From positions 115,388-179,387 of the forward strand of contig JACQID010000006.1 of assembly GCA_016198685.1 (NCBI GenBank): a DNA stretch of 64,000 bases, written 5' to 3'. The stretch comes from Candidatus Aenigmatarchaeota archaeon (lineage in GTDB: Archaea > Aenigmatarchaeota > Aenigmatarchaeia > GW2011-AR5). Position numbers and translations under genes: made by a program. The notes beneath the pieces are model-generated. The model was not told where the DNA came from. It was given only the letters and a program-made list of their open reading frames with translations, and made no database searches. Below, piece by piece: positions 10,590 through 20,456 of this stretch. Position 1 is the first letter of the stretch. Every line of letters starts with the position of its first letter.

Positions 10590-11858
10590 TCACCAGCAGA
10601 TGCCCTCGAAGTCTTTGACTTTGGATGCATCCAGCACTTTCTTCGCTTCTATGATAATTCTGCCCTTCATGGCTGCAAAATCGCGGTCTGTCAAGGAAGA
10701 GAATTCCTTCCATTTGGCAAGTATTAGGCATGCTTCAGCGTCCTTCAGGGCGCTGGCGATGCTGCAGTATGTGACTTCCGGATGGATACGTTTCATGTTG
10801 TCTGCGGCTTTCGGATCATATGCATAAACAGAAGCGCCCTCTTTTTTCAGCATCTCTATGATGGCTATTGCCGGAGATTCACGGATATCGTCTGTGTCTT
10901 CCTTAAACGCAAGACCAAGAATCGCGATTTTTTTGCCTTTTATAGGAGTTTTCTTCTTCAAAAGCTCCACCAGAACCTTTCTCTGCATTGCGTTGGTTTT
11001 CAGTATCTGTTTCATCATGCCGGTTTCGCATCCTATCTCTTCGGCTCTGTGTTGCAATGCCGAAACATCTTTCGGGAAGCAGGAACCTCCAAATCCTGCG
11101 CCAGCTTCTAGGAAATGAGGTCCTATGCGCTTGTCCTTGCCAATGGCGTTTGCCACGTCATAGGCATCTATCCCCAGCTTCTTGCATATATTGCCGATTT
11201 CGTTTATCATGGATATTCTTGATGCAAGAAAAACATTTGATGCGTATTTTATCATTTCCGCTGCAGATAATTTCGTTCTTATGACCGGTGCGCCAAAGCT
11301 CTCGTAAAGCTTTGAGAGAGCATCTCCGGATTTCTTGTCCAATTCGCCTATAACTATCCTATCCGGATGGAGGAAATCTTCAAGCGCCTTGCCCTCCCTA
11401 AGAAATTCAGGATTCATGCAAAGACCGAAATTTTTTGAATGCTTCTGAAGTATTGGAAGAACAATGGTTTCCGTTGTGCCCGGAACAACAGTCGATTTCA
11501 CAACAACAATGTGGTCTTGCTTGGCTTTCATCGCAATGCCCACTTCTGCGCTTGCATCCTTAATGTAATCAAGGTTTATCTTGCCTGAATCATCTGACGG
11601 CGTGCCTACGCAGATGAATGTTATATCACTGTTTTCAACTGCGTAGGAAGTGTCGGAAGTCGCTTCAAGGAGTCTTTTCGAAAGAGCTTCAGAAAGCGCC
11701 TCCTCTATTCCCTCCTCATAAAAATAAGATTTCCCCTTGCTTACAGCATCAAGTTTGGACTGATCCCTGTCCACGCATATTACCCGATGGCCCTTGCTGG
11801 CAAAGCCCGCCGCCGTCGAGAGACCGACATAGCCTGTACCAATAATGGATATATTCAT
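10590..11858 (-). CDS. ugd: UDP-glucose/GDP-mannose 6-dehydrogenase
   Basis: GTGYVG, VVKSTV, NPEFLREG, GFGGSCFPKD, GLAFK..TDDIRES. Confidence 0.93.
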   Translation of the reverse strand: MNISIIGTGYVGLSTAAGFASKGHRVICVDRDQSKLDAVSKGKSYFYEEGIEEALSEALSKRLLEATSDTSYAVENSDITFICVGTPSDDSGKINLDYIKDASAEVGIAMKAKQDHIVVVKSTVVPGTTETIVLPILQKHSKNFGLCMNPEFLREGKALEDFLHPDRIVIGELDKKSGDALSKLYESFGAPVIRTKLSAAEMIKYASNVFLASRISMINEIGNICKKLGIDAYDVANAIGKDKRIGPHFLEAGAGFGGSCFPKDVSALQHRAEEIGCETGMMKQILKTNAMQRKVLVELLKKKTPIKGKKIAILGLAFKEDTDDIRESPAIAIIEMLKKEGASVYAYDPKAADNMKRIHPEVTYCSIASALKDAEACLILAKWKEFSSLTDRDFAAMKGRIIIEAKKVLDASKVKDFEGICW

Positions 11859-11904
11859 GAATATCCTTTTTGCGAAAAGGTTTTTATAGCATCAGAGAGT
11901 GGCC

Positions 11905-12387
11905 TTACTGATTGCAATAGATGGATTTTATTTTATCTATCATGCTGGTTGTTGATTTGCCCGGAACTGCGGGAATTAGAACTACGTTGCCGCCGTTTTT
12001 CTCAACCGCATCCTGTTCAAGAAGAGGAAGCTTATAATCGCCGCCCTTAGCGTGTATAGCAGGCTTGATCTTTGCAAGCCAAGTCCTTGGATCTTTTTCC
12101 GCAAATGGAAAGACGTAATCAACGAATTCCAGCGCAGACAAAAGCTCCATGCGGTCTTCGAGGGCCACTATAGGCCTTTTATCGCTTTTGTATGCCTTTA
12201 CAGATTCATCGGTATTAACGCCGACTATAAGAATATCGCCTAGTTTTTTGGCTTCCTTAAGGTATCGCACATGGCCCGCATGTAGAATATCAAATGCCCC
12301 GTTTGTTGTTATTATTTTTTTCCCTTGGGCTTTCAGATTTGCCGCCATCCCGGCAATTTCGTCCACAGTGCCTATTTTGCCGTTCAT
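11905..12387 (-). CDS. D-glycero-beta-D-manno-heptose 1-phosphate adenylyltransferase (RfaE domain II/HldC)
   Basis: TNGAFDILHAGH, GVNTDESV, KGGDY, GKSTT. Confidence 0.9.
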   Translation of the reverse strand: MNGKIGTVDEIAGMAANLKAQGKKIITTNGAFDILHAGHVRYLKEAKKLGDILIVGVNTDESVKAYKSDKRPIVALEDRMELLSALEFVDYVFPFAEKDPRTWLAKIKPAIHAKGGDYKLPLLEQDAVEKNGGNVVLIPAVPGKSTTSMIDKIKSIYCNQ

Positions 12388-13892
12388 GCGGTAGCCATCC
12401 CGTAAAGTTCCTTTTCCATCATTTCACAGGCTATATGAATTATCGCGGTATGGGATTCCTGTATTCTTGGGGTGCTGTCTGAAGGCACGCGTATCTCCAC
12501 ATCGCAAAGTCCTGCCGCCTTGCCGCCGGTCCTTCCAGTCAGGCATGCCGTTCTTGTACCCATATATTTTGCCTTTGCAAGGCCTTTCAGTACATTCTCG
12601 GAATTGCCGCTTGTAGTTATTCCTACGACAAGATCTCCTTTTGACGCAAGGGCTTCGACCTGCCTTTCAAAAACGCTTGAATAGCCAAAATCGTTGCTTA
12701 TTGCAGTGAGTATTGTCGTGTCGGCATTGAGCGCGAGTGCAGGCAATCCTGCCCTTTCCCGGCCGAAGCGGCCGACAAGCTCGCCGACAAAATGCTGCGC
12801 ATCGGAAGCCGAACCCCCATTGCCGAAAACAAGTATCTTCTTTCCGTTCCTGTAAGTTTCTACCATCAATTCTGTGAGCTTTTCTATTGCAGGAATCTCA
12901 TTTTCCATAACCGCTTTCATTACATCCATGCTTTCCTGGAGATACCGGGAAGCTCCTGTTTTGCCGTTATTCTTGATTTCGTCGGGAGTAACGGTTGACG
13001 TACCCATCTTGCCTACGACTATTCCGGCTGCCTGATTTGCAATGACCGCAGCGTCCTTTATTTCCATGCCTGCAGCGATGCATAGCGCAAGTGTTGCAAC
13101 TACTGTGTCGCCAGCTCCCGAAACATCAAAGACTTCCTTAGCTTGAGTCGGTATAGTCATCTTCCTGCCGGTTTTCTCATAAAGGAACATGCCCTTCTCG
13201 CCTCGGGTTATAAGCACATTTGTGGAAAGCATATTGCATAGAGACTGCGCACATTTCTCGACATCTTCTTCCCCTGTCATTTCCTTCGCCTCCTTCTCGT
13301 TCGGAGTCACGAGAAAAACGCCGTTAAAGAGGCGTACGTTCTTGGGCTTAGGGTCTACTATGATATTTTTCCCGTTCCTTGCGCAGGAGTCATAAAGGAA
13401 CTGCAATACGTTCTCGGTTATCACGCCTTTTCCGTAATCAGAAACTACGATTATGTCCACGAACGGGACTGCCCTTTCTATATTTTTTATCAATGCGCTT
13501 TCCACTGACGTGCCGACTTTGTCGGTTTTCTCGTAATCAAGCCTGAGCATTTGATGCATCTGTCCGAGAACACGCGTCTTTTCTATCGTTGGCCTTCCGC
13601 TGTCGCGCAAAATGCCGGATGTATCTATGCCGGATTTTTCCATCTCTCGCAAAAGCACAGAACCGGAAGAATCAGAACCTACAACGCCTATAACATGCGC
13701 GAGCCCTCCGAGAGACAGTATGTTATTTGCAGTATTTGCAGCGCCGCCCGGAACGAAAGATTCCCTTTCGACACGCACGACAGGTACTGGGGCTTCAGGC
13801 GATATTCTCGTAACATCGCCGTGCAGGTATCTGTCAAGCATCACATCCCCTAATACAAGCACTTTCCTGCCGGCAAGTAGCGAAACGTCCAT
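12384..13892 (-). CDS. Fusion of heptose-7-phosphate kinase (RfaE domain I) and sedoheptulose-7-phosphate isomerase (GmhA)
   Basis: N-half: GDVMLDRY, RISPEAPVPV, SDYGKG, DVSGAGDT. C-half: GNGGSASDAQHF..ELVGRF, TAISND, TTSGNS, TPRIQESH. Confidence 0.9.
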   Translation of the reverse strand: MDVSLLAGRKVLVLGDVMLDRYLHGDVTRISPEAPVPVVRVERESFVPGGAANTANNILSLGGLAHVIGVVGSDSSGSVLLREMEKSGIDTSGILRDSGRPTIEKTRVLGQMHQMLRLDYEKTDKVGTSVESALIKNIERAVPFVDIIVVSDYGKGVITENVLQFLYDSCARNGKNIIVDPKPKNVRLFNGVFLVTPNEKEAKEMTGEEDVEKCAQSLCNMLSTNVLITRGEKGMFLYEKTGRKMTIPTQAKEVFDVSGAGDTVVATLALCIAAGMEIKDAAVIANQAAGIVVGKMGTSTVTPDEIKNNGKTGASRYLQESMDVMKAVMENEIPAIEKLTELMVETYRNGKKILVFGNGGSASDAQHFVGELVGRFGRERAGLPALALNADTTILTAISNDFGYSSVFERQVEALASKGDLVVGITTSGNSENVLKGLAKAKYMGTRTACLTGRTGGKAAGLCDVEIRVPSDSTPRIQESHTAIIHIACEMMEKELYGMATA

Positions 13893-13991
13893 GAAATCAG
13901 ATTATAACTATAGGGAAAAGACTTAAATATTCCTCATACCTTTTCATACCATCTGGGTTATATTATCTTGCACTGTGCGTATAATAGTTTC

Positions 13992-14528
13992 ATGCTAATC
14001 TTCGATGCTGCCGCAGGGGCTATAAACAAACATTTCAATTTCCGCAAGGTACGGATAACGTCTGGATCCGAGAATCTTGCGCGTATAGACGGCGACGAAC
14101 TCATGCTCACGCTAAACGTCAAGGATCCTTTCGTTTCAGAACCTTCCTATGCCGCGCTTATTGCCGTCAGAGAAACATATCTTGCAATGTACGGGCGCGA
14201 CGGTCTGCCGGCAGACTTGCTTGCGAACAGGAGCGTTATAAGGGACGGTATGGGGAAAGAGCTGGCAGGCTACTATTTCTTTCTTCTCATGGAAAGGAAA
14301 AACAAGAATGCCTCGACATTGCGGGAATTTGTGGAACTAAACGTGCCGCATCTGAGTTTTGCCGGTCTCGATGAAGGTCAAGCTGATATCTTCCGGGATA
14401 TAGTAGAGTCATTTACCGTCCCTCCGGAAGCGAAGAAAAAAACGGAAAGGCTTTTCCTTTTATGCAGGGATGCATACAGGAATTACGAGGAATTGAGAAA
14501 AGAAGCCGAGGAAATATGCAAGTCATAA
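13992..14528 (+). CDS. Hypothetical protein
   Basis: Long ORF overlapping the next gene in an apparent operon; no motif recognised. Confidence 0.55.
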   Translation: MLIFDAAAGAINKHFNFRKVRITSGSENLARIDGDELMLTLNVKDPFVSEPSYAALIAVRETYLAMYGRDGLPADLLANRSVIRDGMGKELAGYYFFLLMERKNKNASTLREFVELNVPHLSFAGLDEGQADIFRDIVESFTVPPEAKKKTERLFLLCRDAYRNYEELRKEAEEICKS

Positions 14529-15304
14529 GATATGCGTGGAAAGACTGGAAACCCGTATTCGTCACATCAGCAGGCGGCACTATGCGGTTATTTGAAGAGG
14601 AACTGCGTTTCGTTGCAGGCCGGAAAAGATGTACCGGGTATTCAAGAAACGGAAAGCGTATTGAATGCCCTGAAAGTGCCGAGGCAGGCGAATCAAAATG
14701 TGGCAATTGTATGCTGCGGGATAATTTCTTTATGTGCATCAAATGCACAGGCAATGAGTGCCTTAATCCTGCTAGGAGAGAGGAATGCAGAAAAGAAAAG
14801 TATTTCATTTATCTTTCGGCATTTGACTCGCTGCTAAAAGTCGGAATATCCCAAAGCTACCGGCTTAGGGAAAGGCTGGTGGAGCAGGGCGCGGATTTTG
14901 CAGCCAAAATCGCAGAAGTTCAGGACGGCAAAACTGTTCGTTTAGTGGAGCAAGGCATAGCATCGGCTTTGGGCATAACGGACAGGGTAGGCGGCGCCGA
15001 GAAACAGAAGAGAATATTTGGAGATCCGAATGCCTCGGTAAAGCAGCTTTTGTCCGCCATCTCCCAGCTTCAGAACAGCGGATTCAATGAATATCTCATA
15101 AATCCGGAGATCTACGACTTGCGGGAGTATTACAGGCTCGGGAATGTTCTTTCGTCCCCGACTCCTATAGCTGTCAAAGAAGGAACCGAGATATCGGGAA
15201 AAGTCACCGCTGCCAAAGGCAATATACTGATACTTGAAAACGAAGGCGCATTTCTGTCGCTTAACGCTCACGACATTATAGGAAGAACGATGGAAGGAAT
15301 TTAA
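14516..15304 (+). CDS. DUF2797-family protein (Cys-rich, GIY-YIG-like core)
   Basis: C.G...C..C..C cluster, IYL...LKVGIS...RLVEQGA, KGNIL. Confidence 0.75.
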   Translation: MQVIRYAWKDWKPVFVTSAGGTMRLFEEELRFVAGRKRCTGYSRNGKRIECPESAEAGESKCGNCMLRDNFFMCIKCTGNECLNPARREECRKEKYFIYLSAFDSLLKVGISQSYRLRERLVEQGADFAAKIAEVQDGKTVRLVEQGIASALGITDRVGGAEKQKRIFGDPNASVKQLLSAISQLQNSGFNEYLINPEIYDLREYYRLGNVLSSPTPIAVKEGTEISGKVTAAKGNILILENEGAFLSLNAHDIIGRTMEGI

Positions 15305-15328
15305 GTATTATCGGGATAGTTGTCAGTC

Positions 15329-15961
15329 ATGAAAGGCATCGAATTTATCGCCGGAATAGGTGGCGGGTCAAACATATACGTCATAGACGGAGAATTGCTC
15401 ATAGATACCGGCACAGGTGAATATTTTCAGGAAACAAAAGTGCTGATAGAAAAGACCCAAAATGTTTCTAAACTCAAGACAATAATCAATACCCATTGTC
15501 ACTATGACCATTCAGGAGGAGACAAAAAATTCAGGGACTGGCTCGGAGCGACGGTATGCGCGCATGAAAAAGACAGAAAGGCGCTGGAAACAGGCAACGG
15601 GACACATGCCAAGTTGTTTGGTGCCGTGTCTCGTATAGTCACCGTCGACAAAAAATTGCGCGATGGAGCTAAAATAAAAACGGAAAACTTTTCTTTTGAA
15701 GTCGTTCACACCCCTGGCCATACGCCCGGATCAATATGCCTTTACGAAAGCGAAAAAAAGATACTTATTTCGGGCGATACGCTCTTCGAGAACGGGGTAG
15801 GCAGGAGCGATTTTGAAGGAGGCGATCGTGCAGAGCTTCGTACATCCATAGAAAAACTATTCACGCTTCCTATAACTCATCTTCTCCCTGGACACGGCCT
15901 TCCGAGAAGCAATGGAATTAATTTCTATATAAAGCAGCTTCTCGTGCAAAATATGGTTTAA
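15329..15961 (+). CDS. MBL-fold metallo-hydrolase (glyoxalase II-like)
   Basis: THCHYDHSGG, HTPGHTPGS, SGDTLF, PGHG. Confidence 0.9.
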   Translation: MKGIEFIAGIGGGSNIYVIDGELLIDTGTGEYFQETKVLIEKTQNVSKLKTIINTHCHYDHSGGDKKFRDWLGATVCAHEKDRKALETGNGTHAKLFGAVSRIVTVDKKLRDGAKIKTENFSFEVVHTPGHTPGSICLYESEKKILISGDTLFENGVGRSDFEGGDRAELRTSIEKLFTLPITHLLPGHGLPRSNGINFYIKQLLVQNMV

Positions 15962-16057
15962 TTCCATTTTTACTTCAATATATCGACGTTAAACTGTCTC
16001 ATAATCGGAATACGTCATATCAGGTAGAGTTTTATTCTTTCGGTTGCACATAGTATT

Positions 16058-16381
16058 ATGGCGAGAAAAAACAGAGACTTCAGGTATTATTGGGAGAAAG
16101 ACCGAGGAGAAGAAGCATCTAGCGACTCAATGCAGCCCGTGCCAGTGATGATAACAGAGACCGAAGAAGAAGTCATATTGGAAGCAGGATTGTCCAATCT
16201 TGACGCGGCGTTCAGGAACTCGCGAAAGAAAGCAGGTGGAACAGAAGATTATACAGATGCCGTGAAAAACTTCTTTACTCGTGCACGCAGCTTCACGGCA
16301 AGCGCAGTATACAGCGACGGCGTTCTGACCGTGAGCATAAAAAAACCGGCAGGGAAGAGGCGCAATTCAAGCGCTAAATAG
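16058..16381 (+). CDS. Hsp20/alpha-crystallin-like protein, apparently internally shortened
   Basis: PV.ITETEEEVILEA and A.YSDGVLTVSIKK resemble the first and last alpha-crystallin strands. Confidence 0.5.
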   Translation: MARKNRDFRYYWEKDRGEEASSDSMQPVPVMITETEEEVILEAGLSNLDAAFRNSRKKAGGTEDYTDAVKNFFTRARSFTASAVYSDGVLTVSIKKPAGKRRNSSAK

Positions 16382-17368
16382 TAGCATGCCCTTTTCCTCG
16401 CGGCAAGCTATCTTTTTGCCGGTGAATTTTTCTATGACATAAATGTTAGACTGGCAATGCGGCGTCACTGAAGGTACGGACACGTTCCCTCCCGCTATTG
16501 CAATGTAAGGAAGTATCTGGTCGGCCATGTGCTTGTCCATGCCTGCCGGATTTTCATGCGCCCGGATGAATTCCTCGCATGCTTCTTTCGCAAGGTTTTC
16601 GGCATTTCTTTTTCTTTCTGCAACTGCGCAGGTGCCTATGAAGGAATTTTCGTATTCCGCATATATGTCAATGCCTCCGCCCGGACTCGATGAATCGCAG
16701 TATTCTGCTTTTATCGTGGGAGTGTAAGCTTCCAGAATTTCTTCTGCATGTTGCTTCATTCTTTCTGCAACTTTTGCGTTAGCAAGGCTCGTGCTTGCAA
16801 GAGCAGTACCATACGCCTGCAAAAGTCTGCCTCTTTCTATAATATTGATTTTTTTTAACGAGCATGGCTCCAAGGTGCCTTCTACTAATCCGCCTCCCTG
16901 AGGGTAGAATCCGTGTTTTATGATGGTTATATTGCCTGCATACCCAAACTTTTTTAGAATAGGAATTGTAACATTCTGGATATATCCTACTGATGGCGCC
17001 CACTTGTTGACCGTGCCGCCTTTTATTTTCAGCAATGTTTTGCATTTCATAGCCGGTATCATGATTGCCTGAAGCACAAGAGCAATGGAGCCGGCACTGC
17101 CTACATCAATATCAATACTTGTTGATTTGAGTTCGCCGGGCGTGAAGAGAAGGGATGCCGATCCGGGATAATTACCTTTGACTTTTGCATTGCACAGTTT
17201 GGCTACGGCATCGACCGCCGCAACATGCTGCCTTTGCAATCCTGGATTTTTCCGGCCTGCCCTAATTCTTTCTATCTGGCAAGACTTGCCTGTGAAGGCA
17301 GAGAATGCGACCGACAGACGCACTATGGCGCCTCCTCCCTCGCCATGAGAGCCATCTATCTCTAACAT
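16367..17368 (-). CDS. rtcA: RNA 3'-terminal phosphate cyclase
   Basis: IDGSHGEGGG, IRAGR..PGL..QH, GFYPQGGG, DKHMADQ. Confidence 0.93.
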   Translation of the reverse strand: MLEIDGSHGEGGGAIVRLSVAFSAFTGKSCQIERIRAGRKNPGLQRQHVAAVDAVAKLCNAKVKGNYPGSASLLFTPGELKSTSIDIDVGSAGSIALVLQAIMIPAMKCKTLLKIKGGTVNKWAPSVGYIQNVTIPILKKFGYAGNITIIKHGFYPQGGGLVEGTLEPCSLKKINIIERGRLLQAYGTALASTSLANAKVAERMKQHAEEILEAYTPTIKAEYCDSSSPGGGIDIYAEYENSFIGTCAVAERKRNAENLAKEACEEFIRAHENPAGMDKHMADQILPYIAIAGGNVSVPSVTPHCQSNIYVIEKFTGKKIACREEKGMLLFSA

Positions 17369-17467
17369 AAGAAAGAATTTGGCGGCAAGCTTTATAGCTG
17401 TACAACGAGACAGGCGTGCTTCAAGGGTCCATGCGTATTGTGGGGCTATGGGTTAAATATACGACAA

Positions 17468-18709
17468 TCAAAGCTCAAGCGTTTCGCCGTTTGCCGGCGC
17501 AAATGCTTCCCTGCCGGTCTTTCTTATTTCCTTGGCAAACTGCTCGCAGGAATCGCCATGAACGCATACGACCTGCGACGGGTTTGTTTCTTCTATTATG
17601 CGCATGAGGCCCTCACGGCTGGCGTGAGCAGAAAGCTCGTATTGCTCGACGCGGCAATTAATGTCAAACTTTTCGCCTTCATTGTTGTATACCTTATTGT
17701 TAAGAACGCCCCAGCCCGGAGAGTCCTCCACTAGGTAGCCGGTGAACATAATGCGCGCTTCCTTGTCGTCGGCAATACGGCGAAGGTAAGATATTATCGG
17801 TCCTCCGGAAAGCATGCCTGCAGATGAAAGTATTATGGGGCGGTTCTTCATTGCAGCTGCCCTGCCTTTTTCGCTTCGAACCCACATGATCTTATCCAAT
17901 ACGCCTTGCAGCTTTTTTGCGTCTTTTATCCTATGTCCATGAGAAGACACAATTCCTGTGGCTTTCTTGGCCATGCCATCCAGAGCTATGTATTTCGCGT
18001 ATTTTTCAAGAAGCAGTAGGACTTCCTGTGCCCTGCCTACAGCAAACGCAGGAATAAGGGCGGTCTCGCCTTCAGCTATGACCTCTTCAACGCTTTCAAT
18101 GAGTTTTTCTTCTTCTTTTTCTCTCGGAACGCGGTTGCGGCCTGCATAGGTGCTTTCGGTGACAAGAACGTCCACGCCTTTCGGAAGCCTTGCGCCGCGT
18201 AAAAGACTGGTGGGCTCATTATGAATATCCCCCGTATAGAGCAGGTTCTTGTCTCCTTTGACGAGCACTGAAGCTGAGCCGGGTATATGGCCGGCATCAA
18301 AAAGACTGCAATTCAAATTCCCTGCTTTGAAGGGCTGCCCGTAGTTGATAGTGTTAGTTTGTTTTACTGCCTTCGCCAATTCCACTTCAGAGAATGGCAT
18401 CTTGTAGCCTTCCTTTTTGGCTATCTTGATGGAATCCTCTATGAGCAATTGGGTAAGATTAAGCGTCACATCTGTCATATAAGCCGGAAGTTTCCATTTG
18501 CTGTATAAACGGGGCAGCGCGCCGGAATGATCAAGATGAGCATGGCTAATAACAACAGCATCCGGTTTCTCAGGCGGTAGCGGCGCGTATTCCGGAGGCT
18601 CCGGACGTATCTTCACGCCGTAGTCCATGAGTATGCGCGAATTTCGTGATTCCATAAGCACGGCGCTTTTCCCAACCTCGCGGCCTGCGCCGAGAACTGT
18701 AAGTTTCAT
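17468..18709 (-). CDS. Beta-CASP metallo-beta-lactamase ribonuclease
   Basis: GAGREVGKS, SHAHLDHSG, AGHIPGS, ESTY, PAFAVGRAQE, SAHA, VHG. Confidence 0.9.
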   Translation of the reverse strand: MKLTVLGAGREVGKSAVLMESRNSRILMDYGVKIRPEPPEYAPLPPEKPDAVVISHAHLDHSGALPRLYSKWKLPAYMTDVTLNLTQLLIEDSIKIAKKEGYKMPFSEVELAKAVKQTNTINYGQPFKAGNLNCSLFDAGHIPGSASVLVKGDKNLLYTGDIHNEPTSLLRGARLPKGVDVLVTESTYAGRNRVPREKEEEKLIESVEEVIAEGETALIPAFAVGRAQEVLLLLEKYAKYIALDGMAKKATGIVSSHGHRIKDAKKLQGVLDKIMWVRSEKGRAAAMKNRPIILSSAGMLSGGPIISYLRRIADDKEARIMFTGYLVEDSPGWGVLNNKVYNNEGEKFDINCRVEQYELSAHASREGLMRIIEETNPSQVVCVHGDSCEQFAKEIRKTGREAFAPANGETLEL

Positions 18710-18776
18710 CTAGTTTCACTCTGTATTACGATATCTATTTCAGCGGAGGATATAAAAAGGAAAACAAAGCCAATAA

Positions 18777-19045
18777 TCAAACCATATTCTTTTCTATGAA
18801 ATCCTGTATCTTATCTGCCATTCGTGGATTGAGCGAAATATGTAACCCATAGTCAGGGGCTTGGGCAGGAGAAACCCTTCTTTTATTGGTTCTTTTCCCG
18901 CATCTTTCATCTGTCCTTTGAGATGCTGCGGGACGCCTTTTTGTAGGTTCTCAAAATCCGTATGCTTGCCGCCCCAATACGTATGTCTCGAAAGTTTGTC
19001 AAGAATCAGCGCCTTTAATTTATTTTTATTTATCAGAGGAGGCAT
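18777..19045 (-). pseudogene. Small winged-helix-like protein (WGGKHT motif) with a 1-bp frameshift
   Basis: Frame 1 reads ...YWGGKHT..NLQKG.P..KEGFLLPKP; a shifted frame continues DYGLHISLNPRMADKIQDFIEKNMV* to a stop at 18777, consistent with one base lost near 18856. Confidence 0.55.
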
Positions 19046-19084
19046 GCAAATTTCACTCCTCTGGAAATACTTCGGGACCAAAGT

Positions 19085-19144
19085 CCGAAAATATTTATAT
19101 TATTCATAATTATGAATATTCAAACTTATCTATTCAAAGTTTGA
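19085..19144. promoter_or_regulatory. Divergent promoter with BRE/TATA and palindromic operators
   Basis: CCGAAA-ATATTTATA; perfect 18-bp palindrome TATTCATAATTATGAATA (19101-19118); TCAAACTT/AAGTTTGA inverted repeat (19120-19144). Confidence 0.6.
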
Positions 19145-19159
19145 TTCTTTAGTTATATA

Positions 19160-19495
19160 ATGTCAAAAGAAATGGAACCATCGCTCTTTGTGAGATTTTT
19201 CGGGAACGCTCCTATAGTGAAGATAATGGATTTCCTGATAGAGAACAGGCTTTTTGATTATTCAAAAACGGAAATAGCGCGGAACGCCGGCGTTGGCTGG
19301 AGCACCTTGCATGGGATATGGGGAGAACTGGAAAGGAACGGCATAGTCATAAAAACGAGAACCATAGGAAGGGCCGAGATGCACAGGCTCAACACGGACA
19401 ACCTGCTCGTGAAAAATTTCATAGAGCTTGACAGGAATTTTTCAAAGTCATACGCTGCCAGAATGGACGCAGGAAAGGATAGAATAGAGGCGTAA
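19160..19495 (+). CDS. Winged-helix transcription regulator upstream of the cas operon
   Basis: KIMDFLIE...YSKTEIARNAGVGWSTLH HTH followed by wing TRTIGRA...LN. Confidence 0.8.
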   Translation: MSKEMEPSLFVRFFGNAPIVKIMDFLIENRLFDYSKTEIARNAGVGWSTLHGIWGELERNGIVIKTRTIGRAEMHRLNTDNLLVKNFIELDRNFSKSYAARMDAGKDRIEA

Positions 19496-19498
19496 TGC

Positions 19499-19648
19499 AT
19501 GGCGCTGAGAAATTCCTTTGGCTTCCTTTCCGGAGAAGATATAGAAGAACTGCAACAGCGCATGAGAAATATCCGGAAACAACTATCGAAAGACGTGGAA
19601 AGGCATCTAATACACTGTATGCGGCAATCAACGAAGATAAAGCCTTAA
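19499..19648 (+). pseudogene. 49-aa ORF resembling the C-terminal part of an archaeal VapB-type antitoxin
   Basis: MALRNSFGFLSGEDIEELQQRMRNIRKQLSKDVERH...; no N-terminal DNA-binding part and no toxin follows. Confidence 0.35.
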
Positions 19649-19694
19649 TAAGGTGGGAAATTTCCTTTTTAAGTTTTCATTAGCAATCATTTTA

Positions 19695-20435
19695 ATGAGG
19701 CTTATTCTTTCTTTGAAAGCGGAAAAGGACATGGCTTATGATCAGAAGTATTTCGGCAAAGCGCAGGGACTTATTTACGGTCTCCTGAAAGGCGGCCCGT
19801 ACGACAAGCTGCACGACAAGAAAGGCTTCAAGTTTTTCTGTTTCTCCAATGTTTTTCCGACAAAGAAAGACGAGCCAATAAAGGAAGGTTCTGTGAAGAG
19901 CTTCATAATTTCGTCTCCTGACAGGAATTTCATTTCCGCCTTGAGCGATGCAGTGCCTGTAGGCACCAAGATAGAAATAGGTGAAATGCAGTTTTCATTG
20001 GTCGGAAAGAAGACTGTCCAGCCGAAATTGACCGGCGACTGTAGGATAAAGATAATGACCCCCCTAATACTCCGGATACCCAAGCGCATGTACGCGGAGT
20101 ACGGGATAGAAAACAACTACAATTACACCTACTGGAGGCCCCAGACGGACGTTAACGCTTTCCTTAAGCAGTTGTCGGACAACGTATACAAGAAATACAA
20201 CGAGTTCCACAAGACGGACGTCAAGGAAGACTACATCTTCCAGCAGTTTATGTTCAGCGGCAGCCATCCGATTCACCCCATAATTGACCAGATTGAGCAG
20301 ACGATAATAGGCAGCTACTGGACTTTCATGTTCCAGGGCCTTGGCGAACAGCAGCGCGCCCTGCTCGAGTTCGCTCTTGACTCTGGGTTCGGCGAACTCA
20401 ACTCTATGGGATTCGGGTTCGGGAATGATGTGTGA
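19695..20435 (+). CDS. cas6: CRISPR-associated endoribonuclease Cas6
   Basis: LHD..GFKFFCFS, ISSPD, C-terminal G-loop GFGELNSMGFG. Confidence 0.93.
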   Translation: MRLILSLKAEKDMAYDQKYFGKAQGLIYGLLKGGPYDKLHDKKGFKFFCFSNVFPTKKDEPIKEGSVKSFIISSPDRNFISALSDAVPVGTKIEIGEMQFSLVGKKTVQPKLTGDCRIKIMTPLILRIPKRMYAEYGIENNYNYTYWRPQTDVNAFLKQLSDNVYKKYNEFHKTDVKEDYIFQQFMFSGSHPIHPIIDQIEQTIIGSYWTFMFQGLGEQQRALLEFALDSGFGELNSMGFGFGNDV

Positions 20436-20456
20436 ATAAAAGGCAGCTGTGAAACT

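Noticed and set aside
20436-20456. CreTA element between cas6 and cas8
   Set aside because: The intergenic gap is only 21 bp
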